DNA of 61,437 bases, the filler included, from Globobulimina sp. (Eukaryota), in NCBI GenBank assembly GCA_003354225.1. It is 15 parts of 15 records of this genome, joined end to end, with 100 filler letters (N's around TTAATTAATTAA, not from the genome) between each part and the next. Parts side by side here need not be neighbours in the genome. Positions count along the whole stretch, not along the records: positions 8,213 to 12,218 come from PIVH01001754.1; positions 12,319 to 16,324 come from PIVH01001755.1; positions 16,425 to 20,429 come from PIVH01001756.1; 12 more parts are not named here. One strand, given 5' to 3'. Of this stretch, positions 12,041-20,529 are shown in pieces. The position numbers and the translations under genes are program-made. How positions within the stretch are numbered: position 1 is the first letter of the stretch; the number at the start of each line of letters is the position of its first letter. A model generated the notes under the pieces. The model was given only the letters and a program-made list of their open reading frames with translations. It did not search any database and was not told the origin of the DNA.

Positions 12041-12218
12041 CACCTAGCTCAATTGGCAGAGCATTGGTTTGAATGGAAAGCAAACCAAATGGATTAATGG
12101 ATGTAGGTTCGAATCCTACGGTGAACAATGGAATGGATATGGAATTATGGATATTATTATATTATTTAATTAAATAAACACGAGCCTCTGCTATGACACG
12201 CATGCTCCGCAAATGCAG
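12041..12218 (+). repeat. tRNA-derived (SINE-like) repeat, copy 2
   Basis: D-arm GCTC-AATTGGCA-GAGC and T-arm GTAGG-TTCGAAT-CCTAC; acceptor stem only 4 bp; expanded anticodon and variable regions; AT-rich body runs to the contig end. Confidence 0.75.
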
Positions 12219-12318
12219 NNNNNNNNNNNNNNNNNNNNNNNNNNNNNNNNNNNNNNNNNNNNTTAATTAATTAANNNNNNNNNNNNNNNNNNNNNNNNNN
12301 NNNNNNNNNNNNNNNNNN

Positions 12319-13053
12319 ATTATCCTTGTCATGTATTACTGGTTCTTCATCCATTACAGGTTCTTCCACATATTTGCCAACCTCTGGTGTTATTGGTGTG
12401 TTAGTTGGGCTGGCTTGTTGCACTTCTCCTGTTTCACGTTCTTTGTTTTGTTTTTGTATTTGTGCAATCTTTTCTGCTGCTGTTAGTTCTTTGGATTCTT
12501 CCTTTTCTGGCTGTACTTCCTTTACTTTAGGTGGTGGTGGAATTTCTGCCTTTTCTTCTACAACTGGTGGTGTGTAAGTTGGATTATCACCAATTCTAAT
12601 AATTGGTAAACTTTTCATTTGAACGCTAATTGAGATACTGGCTGATAGTGGCTCACCCTCTGTTGGTGGTGGTGCTGCACGTTGTAATGCAAATAGTTCT
12701 GGATGATACTCTACATTGTCTTTATGATCTTCTGGCACTACAACAAAGATTTCTGGATGGACTGAAAGATGAGGTGGTACGGTTAGGTAATTATCAAATA
12801 TCATTAGCTCACTTCCAGGACCTGTTGCGTATAGTTCAACAAAGATATCCTCATCACTAGGGTTAGTTACTGTCCATTTGTAAGTTCCAGTTTCACCCCT
12901 TTGCAGATCAAACTCCATAGCTCTTGCACTAACAGAAAAGCCATCTGCAATCTGTAAATTTTCAGTTAATGATACTGTGAATATTGTAAAGACGATGAGC
13001 ACTAAAGCGAGTGCTTTGTTTTTTAAAATCTGATCAAAGATTTTGCTCATCAT
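12319..13053 (-). CDS. Archaeal-type exported protein with beta-rich (Ig-like) domain and Pro/Glu-rich linker, 3' truncated
   Basis: Signal peptide/TM segment, beta-rich core, P/E/K-rich tail; intron-free; resembles Nitrosopumilus-type hypothetical proteins (from memory). Confidence 0.65.
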
Positions 13054-13135
13054 CTCAAATTAATCAGTTAATGTTTGTTAATAAGTGTTAATGATATTTC
13101 TAGCAATTTAATTAGTTGTGAAGTGATTATTTTTT

Positions 13136-13453
13136 ATGATTAGTACTAGACTGTATTATCCCAAGAACAAAAACCATGGATTCTCATATGAGAAATATGG
13201 TAAACCTTGTGCTGATTGTGGGGCCATTAATGGATTAACAAGGCATCACCTAAAGGATAATAATGGTTTCAAGACTGGTGAGATTCAAATTTTGTGTAGG
13301 CCATGCCATGATGAGGCAGAACTGGAATATCAGAAATTGGGAATAATTGAAACTACTAACATTAAACTAACTGATACTGAAAAATTAGAAATGCAATACA
13401 GGAATGGCCTGATACCATATTATTCAATATGTGCAAATTTTAAGAAAATGTGA
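13136..13453 (+). CDS. HNH endonuclease-like zinc-finger protein
   Basis: CADC...LTRHH...IQILCRPCH pattern. Confidence 0.75.
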   Translation: MISTRLYYPKNKNHGFSYEKYGKPCADCGAINGLTRHHLKDNNGFKTGEIQILCRPCHDEAELEYQKLGIIETTNIKLTDTEKLEMQYRNGLIPYYSICANFKKM

Positions 13454-13567
13454 TTAAGAGGGGGAGTGATTGAATCGTTCAAAGCGAGAATTAACTCCTA
13501 ACCACATAATCTATGCCTAAGTTAATAGTAATTATCTTTTGTGTTTATCTTATTAATTTTCCAAAAT

Positions 13568-13575
13568 TTTATAAA
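13568..13575 (+). promoter_or_regulatory. Putative archaeal TATA box with upstream BRE-like sequence
   Basis: CCAAAA-T-TTTATAAA about 25 nt upstream of the structured element at 13596. Confidence 0.35.
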
Positions 13576-13595
13576 GTATTGTTAATAATACAAAT

Positions 13596-13654
13596 TGGCC
13601 AACTAAGTTCCTTAATCACTTAGTGTTCTGAGGGATTAACCTCAGGGGCTACCA
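13596..13654 (+). ncRNA. Candidate small structured RNA (two hairpins closed by an outer stem, 3' CCA)
   Basis: TGGCC/GGCTA outer stem; ACTAAG/CTTAGT and CTGAGG/CCTCAG hairpins; followed by a T-rich tract. Confidence 0.35.
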
Positions 13655-13658
13655 TTAT

Positions 13659-14384
13659 TTACCATTGTCTTTTGGTTTTCTCAAAGACTTTGTACTTGTT
13701 TCTGGTGTTTAGATTATTGCCATCCATTCCTTGATAGTCATCCCCTAGTACATTACTGAAATAATTGTCAAAGGATTGTTCTACTGTCTGATTAGTTTCT
13801 GTTCCTTGTTTGATTATAATTGGCAATTGGCCATGCTCCAAGGAAGTTCTAGCTGCAAAGCAGCACATCATCAATGCCCTTGGCAAACAGTCCAGTTCTT
13901 CACCAGGTGCATAGTAAGCTACAGTTCCTGCCTCTGTGATATGTTCAGTAAACATTTCCATTTGTTTCATTAATTCTATCATGTCATCAGTTGGATTTGA
14001 TTTTGGGAATTGTATTCTATGGTCCTGTTTTGTGGATAGTGTTAATTGAGTCATTTCTGTAATATCCATGACTTTGAGTAATTCAATATTTTCTGGATCT
14101 TTGAGATTCTTTTGAGTGGTAATTACCAGTACCTCTCTGGATAAGGCCACCTCAACAGAACGAATAATGTGCTGTCCTACTTGTTGATCAATTATTGTAT
14201 TGTGCCAGTTTATTTTGGAATATAGTTTTGCAATATCTCCTGGAATAGAATTCATTTCATCTCTTTTCCATTGTTTGGCCAGTCTTACATTTGCGATTCT
14301 TTTCTGTGAGTTTACCTCAATTCCTACCATGCCAAACATGGTCCTTTGTTTCGTATAGGATAGTGCAACGATTAACTCATTCAT
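13659..14384 (-). CDS. Terminase RNase H-fold nuclease paralogue, predicted catalytically inactive
   Basis: Colinear with 14381-14929 (FGMVG/FGVIG, VRLAKQWK/VRYARQFK, DHRIQFP/DHTIQFP, DMIEL/DMQEL) but GDPG becomes LSYT and HDD becomes LDC; ATGA start-stop overlap. Confidence 0.75.
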   Translation of the reverse strand: MNELIVALSYTKQRTMFGMVGIEVNSQKRIANVRLAKQWKRDEMNSIPGDIAKLYSKINWHNTIIDQQVGQHIIRSVEVALSREVLVITTQKNLKDPENIELLKVMDITEMTQLTLSTKQDHRIQFPKSNPTDDMIELMKQMEMFTEHITEAGTVAYYAPGEELDCLPRALMMCCFAARTSLEHGQLPIIIKQGTETNQTVEQSFDNYFSNVLGDDYQGMDGNNLNTRNKYKVFEKTKRQW

Positions 14385-14929
14385 TGTAAATCCCACCAGA
14401 TTCTGATTGCATTACATCCAATTAGTTTTGCCATAAATAGATCATCATGTCTGTTCCTTTGTGCCTTATAACTAACATGACCTGATGGTGCAGTAATACC
14501 TACTATCTGGTTTCTTTGGTTGATTAGCTCCTGCATATCTCCAGTCTTTATCTCTGGAAATTGGATTGTATGGTCCTTGTATTTTTCCTTTAACCAACCA
14601 ATCATGTATGGTTTATCCACTGACCAACCCTTAGCTCTTGTCTTTTCTGTTAATTCTGATGATGTAGTTACGTAAGTAATGGGTAATTTTTTGAAAGCTT
14701 TTGATACATTCTCATAGTCGAAATTCTTCTCTATAATCATCATATCAAATTTGATTTTATTATTCAGTTTGTAAAACTCATAGGCCACTCGATTGTACTT
14801 TTCCTTTTTGAACTGCCTTGCATATCTTACGAAAATTTGTTTCTCAGGCCAGCTAGCTTGCAAACCTATTACACCAAAGGGATCATTTGATTTGCCTGGA
14901 TCACCAATTAATAATTTAAGATTCTTCAT
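14381..14929 (-). CDS. Stand-alone terminase large-subunit nuclease domain (RNase H fold)
   Basis: LIGDPGKSND, IIEKN, IQFP...ELINQ and SYKA...HDDL, the acidic catalytic pattern of TerL C-terminal domains. Confidence 0.85.
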   Translation of the reverse strand: MKNLKLLIGDPGKSNDPFGVIGLQASWPEKQIFVRYARQFKKEKYNRVAYEFYKLNNKIKFDMMIIEKNFDYENVSKAFKKLPITYVTTSSELTEKTRAKGWSVDKPYMIGWLKEKYKDHTIQFPEIKTGDMQELINQRNQIVGITAPSGHVSYKAQRNRHDDLFMAKLIGCNAIRIWWDLQ

Positions 14930-15956
14930 GCCAGTTTATCCCATCAGGATCTTTGTCCTCATCATAATCATCTTCTTCTTCTTGTTCAACTAACCATTCA
15001 GTCATGCCTTGTTGGTCCTCTTGGGAGATAGTGCCAAAGATTGAATCCTTACCTATCTTGAATTTGCATAGATATTCTTGTTCAGGATCTTCTTTTGATG
15101 AATCTATCATTTGATGTATTTCGTCATTGGTGTAGAGGTTGCCTGCTGCGTTCCAGATATCATACTCAAACATTACAAAGTCTTGAGGATCTTCATGAAT
15201 ACGATAAAACATCTTGACAGGCCCCTTGGGTGTTGATACTAGGAAAAGGTCAGCACCATTAGTTCTTACGATAGGTAGAATGGAATTGAATACGGATGTG
15301 TCATCTACTAGTTTCCATTTTGCAGCTTCATCCATGAAAATACACTTGTATTTTGTATCACCAGTAAGAGCTTCTTCACTTGCAGCAAAAGCTTCTATCA
15401 CTGTGCCATTTACTATTTTTAAGACATTACCCTTGATCCATTGTTCAACTACACCAGGAATTGATTTGTATAATCTGGCCAGTCTACGCAAATCTTTCTT
15501 AGCTAGACTGCCATTGGTTGCAGCTATGATACCTACATTGGCCCCTGCATATCTTGAGAATGAAAAGTGTAAGATTAGACGAATTACAATTTCTGTAAAT
15601 CCCATTTGTCGCCCTTTGTTTAAGTGCATGAGTAGAGGTTTTCTTAATTGTGCTATTGCATCACCAAATCCCATTCTCCCCTCAATTACCTTTATGGCAA
15701 AATCCACTTGAAATGGTGTTAATGGCATTTCCTCGTTAGTTGCAGGATGGCGAGGTAAACCGATTATGTGAGTTGTACAACATCTTGCAGTGTGTTTGTA
15801 TTCTGGATCTTTGTGGTGTAGTTCTATATCTCCACACCAGAATGGCAGTTTAGATAGTTCTTCACATAATTTTATGCCAGTAGATTCTTCTGAACCAGAA
15901 AGATTTTCTAATCCTCCTTTCTTTACCTGACTAATCAGTTGTTGAAAGTTGTCCAT
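14916..15956 (-). CDS. terL: Terminase large subunit, ATPase domain only
   Basis: LTPFQ Q-motif, KGRQMGFTE Walker A, CIFMDEAA Walker B, VSTPKG motif III, QEYLCKF; ends in an acidic tail with no nuclease domain. Confidence 0.9.
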   Translation of the reverse strand: MDNFQQLISQVKKGGLENLSGSEESTGIKLCEELSKLPFWCGDIELHHKDPEYKHTARCCTTHIIGLPRHPATNEEMPLTPFQVDFAIKVIEGRMGFGDAIAQLRKPLLMHLNKGRQMGFTEIVIRLILHFSFSRYAGANVGIIAATNGSLAKKDLRRLARLYKSIPGVVEQWIKGNVLKIVNGTVIEAFAASEEALTGDTKYKCIFMDEAAKWKLVDDTSVFNSILPIVRTNGADLFLVSTPKGPVKMFYRIHEDPQDFVMFEYDIWNAAGNLYTNDEIHQMIDSSKEDPEQEYLCKFKIGKDSIFGTISQEDQQGMTEWLVEQEEEDDYDEDKDPDGINWHEES

Positions 15957-16311
15957 TTTGAATCAGCTTTACAATTTCTATGGCCTCTGATTGCCTACAT
16001 TGATAGACTATTCTACTCCACAGATCACTTTGTTGTTTCTCCAAAGCTGCAATTTCTAAAGGTAAGCCCATTTCCTTCAGTGATTTGATAATATAAGGTT
16101 TCCAACGCCCTGAGCGAATCAGGCCAGCCTTAAATTTATTCGCCTGACCTAATTGAAAACGCATTTGTTTTTTTGCTTTACGTAAATCTTTATAAGTAAT
16201 ATTCTTCGGCCATAGGGCAAGAACTCTTTTTTCTTCTTTACTTAAACGAGCACTTTTACCATATGAGCCTGGATTTTTCTGAAGAACTTTAATCAGTTTA
16301 TCCAGTATCTT
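15931..16311 (-). CDS. Basic hypothetical viral protein upstream of terL (small-terminase position); start uncertain
   Basis: Frame stays open well upstream of the ATG at 16164 (KKILDKLIKVLQKNP...); overlaps the terL start. Confidence 0.55.
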   Translation of the reverse strand, partial: KILDKLIKVLQKNPGSYGKSARLSKEEKRVLALWPKNITYKDLRKAKKQMRFQLGQANKFKAGLIRSGRWKPYIIKSLKEMGLPLEIAALEKQQSDLWSRIVYQCRQSEAIEIVKLIQNGQLSTTD

Positions 16312-16424
16312 TTTCTACTTATTTNNNNNNNNNNNNNNNNNNNNNNNNNNNNNNNNNNNNNNNNNNNNTTAATTAATTAANNNNNNNNNNNNNNNNNNNN
16401 NNNNNNNNNNNNNNNNNNNNNNNN

Positions 16425-16652
16425 CCATGGAACCAGCACGGTCAGGACTCGGTGGCACCCCGCAACCGCATTCTTGATGACTTCGCGGTCGTTCGTCGCT
16501 CCTGGTATGACGGTGATGCGCCCCTTGAACGCGTCGAGCTTCCCGACGCTCCGCTCCCGGCACACGCCGACGACCTCGTGGCCCCGATCCAGCGCGTGCT
16601 GCACCATGTACCTTCCGAGCTTCCCGGAGGCTCCGACGATGCAGACCTTCAT
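16425..16652 (-). CDS. Bacterial NAD(P)-binding Rossmann protein (atypical SDR/flavin reductase-like), truncated
   Basis: MKVCIVGASGKLGRYMVQHALDRGHEV; GC-rich; GAGG RBS-like sequence upstream. Confidence 0.85.
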
Positions 16653-16869
16653 CGTGCGCATCCCTCACCTTCGCCAGAACAGCCATCTAGCACTCGCAGC
16701 CAACATCTACAATGCCAGGGAATAGCGCTTACTTCTCCGACTTCAGCTTCCTCGCCAACCCGCCAAGGCCCCCTCCCACAACCAGCAACGAAGCGCCAGC
16801 GCTCCCACCGAGGATATGTTGAATCTGCTGGTACGCACCGGTACCACTCAGCGTGGTGGCGGTCCCGTT

Positions 16870-17954
16870 GATTTCATCGCGCAAAAAACTCACAAATTCA
16901 GCACAAAACGTTTGCTCTAAAAATCTCTCAAAGTATTCGCGTCCAGTTTTATGCGCTAAACAGGCGTCCAAAGAGTCTAAAAACTCCAAAGTCTCCAAAT
17001 CCTGCACCCGGTCGGCAAATAAAGTCACGAAATCTTTCCCTGTCATGAGCCGCGCTGCATTCATGAACAGGTTTTCTATACAAACTATATACAAGTTATT
17101 AAATTGTATGTTGTTTTATGAGTTATACCGTGGGTTACATACATTTTATCCGTAATGTGTATATCTTTGGAAATTGCTATTTATTTCAGATTTTCAGATC
17201 AAAATATATAAAAAATGGATGGTTTTCGGAAATATGAATGTTAACCTCTTGGAAAGTGACATGGAACGCTTGCAACATAGGTAAATAATGCTGTATATTT
17301 TTATTTGTTTTTGTTTTGTTTGAAACGGATTGGTGCGAATACGTAACCTCATAAGAAATGCCGTATCGTTTGTGTTTTCGTCCTAAGTCTTTAACGATGC
17401 TCCAAACCTCAGTGTTTGCAGAGTGTAATTCCATAATTAGCCATCCGATCATTTGGAAGAATTTCTCAGAGGTTTTCTCGATATCACCGCGTAGAAATAT
17501 TTTACGACATTCTGGCATCTTTCGGAACATCTGAGCATATAAAGTGACCCCTATTTCTTGTCTACGCTCACTCGATAATATCATTAAATTATCCGCCCAA
17601 ACTATTAATTATTATGTTATATGTTATAATAATATACTTATAGTTTTATACTAAACATTGATGAGCGACTCGAATGGCTTCACGAGAAAATATATTTTGA
17701 TCTGTTAATATGGTTTTTGTTGCAGATGCAAATGAATCACGGGGCCCAGTGGGCGCACCACTTACTGTGTGATCCTCAGGCACAGACTGTGCAGTTATTG
17801 TGTTTGATTTATTTGCTCCAAACATTTGCCCTGAGACACTGTTTGTGTATTGAGTCTGTGGTATTGTTGGAAAGGAAACTTTTTGGTCCATTTCGATGTT
17901 TGCTGCGTTATGCTCCTCGATTTGACCTCTTCCTGACTTGAAACAGTTGCCCAT
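16870..17954 (-). CDS. N-acylated globin-RGS fusion protein (5 exons; C-terminus cut by a chimeric junction)
   Basis: MGNCF N-terminus; the spliced product gives a full globin (HQFW, VTLY, RKIF, LGRKHKRYGI, G and H helices) followed by RGS helices SLDACLAHKTGREYFERFLEQTFCAEFVSFL. Confidence 0.75.
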
Positions 17955-17989
17955 GTTCGTAACTTACTGGCTAAAATGCTAATATTTAG

Positions 17990-19642
17990 TTAATTATGAA
18001 GTATTCGCATATTTTGACAAGAGTGGAAGAATGTTTTTTCGCGAATAAGGATTTTTCTGATTAAGATATGTCTTGCTAAGGTATGCATATGTTTCGGTGT
18101 TGATGTATCAGCCTTCAATTTCCTTAATTCATCCTTATCCTTAGTTATTGTGGTTGGATAAAGTCTTAATCTTTGTTCACATATTGAATGTATTGAAGAT
18201 TCCACATTCGGATCAATATATTTCTCTAAATAGCGAGTTTCAAACTGATTTAATATCGATGAAATAGTGAAAGAATCGAAATGTTTTTCCGATAAAAATA
18301 TAAATCTTAAATACATTAAAAATTGTTCTGTAAATCTCACGAAAAACGATTGTTTTTTATATCTATGATGATACCATAACAAATCGATTGGATAAACGAC
18401 ATTCACTTTTGCTAAAATATCATATTTATGATACAGATTAGCATCGGATAAGAATGGAATGCATCGAATAACAACAAAATCACGCATATATTCTGCCTCA
18501 TCCATAAAACCAAACTTTGCAACGCGTGAACTTGATTTCATTCTATCTCCATAACTCACAAATATCTCCTCACCAGAATGAATATCATTATTTACCCACA
18601 AATAAACAGACACAAAATCACTCTCCTTTGTTTCCACATTTTTATTATATTTAATAATATTTCCAACCATAATTTTATCATTCCCATATTTTTCAACATT
18701 GTTTTTATTTTCTGCACCAAACAAACTGTCATAGAAAATACCAGAATCTCTCTCAACATCATGATTAAAAAAATCAAAACCTGCTGGAATCATCACACAG
18801 TGTTCGCCATTGACTTTGGTGAAATCAAAGTGAAAGAGTCTGGAGGCCACCAAGGCGTAAGCTTCTCTGACTGCGGTCTCACTCAAATGCAACATATCAA
18901 GGTACGGATAAACCATTTTGAACTCGTGGTTTAAGGCTTGTACATCTTTGAGTGTCTCACTGTTTTGCAACAATTGCAAGTCACTGTTTTGCGGCCATAG
19001 CAATGGTAAATAATCGGGAGACGGCAAGAGTTCAAACCATGGCAATAATTCTGTAGTGAAAGTTTTTAAGAAAGCAAAACCCAAAGCAAGCCATGCTCGG
19101 ATTCCAACTGAAACCAAAGTGAAAGGTTTTTCATGAAATTTGTTATGATACAAAGCTCCAAATTCAAGGTATTTGCTCTTTGCGATTTTAATCCATTCCG
19201 TATGAGTTGGAAACGAGTTTGGTAAAAAATAATTTATATTGGAATTGTCGAATATTTCATTAAACGCTTTGTGTTGAATATTTATGCGGTTATTACCAAA
19301 GTATTTTGATATAATAAATTGAGAGAACGATATCTTGACTGGAATCTGCATCAATAAATCTTGTGATTCTATCATTGTTTTCTGTGTCGAGAATAAACCT
19401 CGATTATCAGCTGTGATATATCGAAAATCCATGAATGGATGGATGAAACCATTATTTTTTTCAATCCAATCTTTGTATCGTAACCATTTTTGATGAAGTG
19501 TTTGACACGCACACGGTCCATGGAATTGTTTGATGAGGAACGCATGGGTGGGTTCTGCGCAACATTGGTGGTTAGTGGTGGAAGTAGTATGTGTTAATAA
19601 TTGTATTAAACACAGGCATATATACAGTATGAGCGAAGCCAT
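17990..19642 (-). CDS. SET-domain lysine methyltransferase (SETD3/LSMT-like) with signal peptide
   Basis: NRGLFS, LLMQIP, VASRLF, DFFNH, GEEIFVSYG; C-terminal YPTTITKD...EK typical of the LSMT substrate-binding domain. Confidence 0.85.
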   Translation of the reverse strand: MASLILYICLCLIQLLTHTTSTTNHQCCAEPTHAFLIKQFHGPCACQTLHQKWLRYKDWIEKNNGFIHPFMDFRYITADNRGLFSTQKTMIESQDLLMQIPVKISFSQFIISKYFGNNRINIQHKAFNEIFDNSNINYFLPNSFPTHTEWIKIAKSKYLEFGALYHNKFHEKPFTLVSVGIRAWLALGFAFLKTFTTELLPWFELLPSPDYLPLLWPQNSDLQLLQNSETLKDVQALNHEFKMVYPYLDMLHLSETAVREAYALVASRLFHFDFTKVNGEHCVMIPAGFDFFNHDVERDSGIFYDSLFGAENKNNVEKYGNDKIMVGNIIKYNKNVETKESDFVSVYLWVNNDIHSGEEIFVSYGDRMKSSSRVAKFGFMDEAEYMRDFVVIRCIPFLSDANLYHKYDILAKVNVVYPIDLLWYHHRYKKQSFFVRFTEQFLMYLRFIFLSEKHFDSFTISSILNQFETRYLEKYIDPNVESSIHSICEQRLRLYPTTITKDKDELRKLKADTSTPKHMHTLARHILIRKILIREKTFFHSCQNMRILHN

Positions 19643-19735
19643 TGTTCGATACTTCAGTTACTAGCTAGAAAAATTAAAAACTTCAGATCGACAAATCATT
19701 ATATCAAAATAGTTTAAAATCCAAATCAAAATAGT

Positions 19736-20224
19736 TTAATCACTCATTACCAAAGACACATATGATTCATAATTGAAATATCGATTTTCGTCAAGTTGAA
19801 GATCCTGAATCAATTTCGTGGCCTTTTCTATATTTAATTTGCTGCCATATGTAGTCAATGCAAGTTCCAATTGTTCAACAGCTATATGTCCAGCTGGAGA
19901 ATTCGAGTCAATCGCAAATAATTGGAATGCTTCAATAACTTCTTCCCTTGAATATGATGCTGATACTTTTCGGCTCATCACAGCTACAAATTCCTCAAAT
20001 TGTATCTCGCCATCATTATTTTCATCAATTTCCGCTACAATTTTATCAAGTTCGGCTTGCGTTGTATGAATCCCCATCGTAGACATTAAATGTTGCAACT
20101 CTTCCTGGGAAATGCTACCACCACGATCTTCATCTACCAAATTAAAGATTTCTTGCAATTCTGCTAGTTCTTCATCTGATAATTCCTTGAGATCACCATC
20201 ATTATTGTCATTACTTTCAGTCAT
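19736..20224 (-). CDS. Calmodulin-like EF-hand protein
   Basis: ELQEIFNLVDEDRGGSISQEEL and EIDENNDGEIQFEEF. Confidence 0.9.
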   Translation of the reverse strand: MTESNDNNDGDLKELSDEELAELQEIFNLVDEDRGGSISQEELQHLMSTMGIHTTQAELDKIVAEIDENNDGEIQFEEFVAVMSRKVSASYSREEVIEAFQLFAIDSNSPAGHIAVEQLELALTTYGSKLNIEKATKLIQDLQLDENRYFNYESYVSLVMSD

Positions 20225-20529
20225 TATTATATGTTTCTATAAATGCATAAATTATGATATGCTATGTTTCATAATCTAATACATAATTTTAACCAATTTA
20301 CTCAATGATAAAAATCTTTAAAGTCCGTCAAAATCTTTAAAGTCTTTTTTTAAAAAAAAAACTTCTTTTTCCTTCACTCCTTTAAACATGAAAAACAATG
20401 TCGTCAGCGCTTGTATCAAATATGGCCGANNNNNNNNNNNNNNNNNNNNNNNNNNNNNNNNNNNNNNNNNNNNTTAATTAATTAANNNNNNNNNNNNNNN
20501 NNNNNNNNNNNNNNNNNNNNNNNNNNNNN

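Noticed and set aside
12034-12128. Functional tRNA gene
   Set aside because: Only 4 of 7 acceptor pairs form, and the anticodon and variable regions are oversized and differ between the two copies
8213-12218. Linear plasmid, Polinton or nanochromosome with terminal inverted repeats
   Set aside because: No polymerase, integrase, transposase or telomeric repeats; the identical outer portion is best explained by an assembly break at a repeat
13461-13500. Second structured RNA after the HNH stop codon
   Set aside because: Only a short imperfect stem (GGAGT/ACTCC) and a 5-bp hairpin; no promoter support, could be chance
14916-14940. Programmed frameshift fusing the TerL ATPase and nuclease
   Set aside because: The nuclease frame has a TAA three codons before its ATG, the shared window is under 20 nt with no slippery heptamer, and the ATPase has a distinct acidic tail. 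Not formally excluded.
15590-15625. TerL Walker A lacking the GKT lysine (GRQMGFT) as an inactive ATPase
   Set aside because: KxRQxGF(T/S) is a known terminase Walker A variant with the lysine placed upstream; Walker B and motif III are intact
16425-16870. Horizontal transfer of bacterial genes, or a real Gly-rich C-terminus on the globin-RGS protein
   Set aside because: An abrupt GC shift in the middle of the RGS domain near a contig end, plus other chimera signs in the window, points to an amplification chimera
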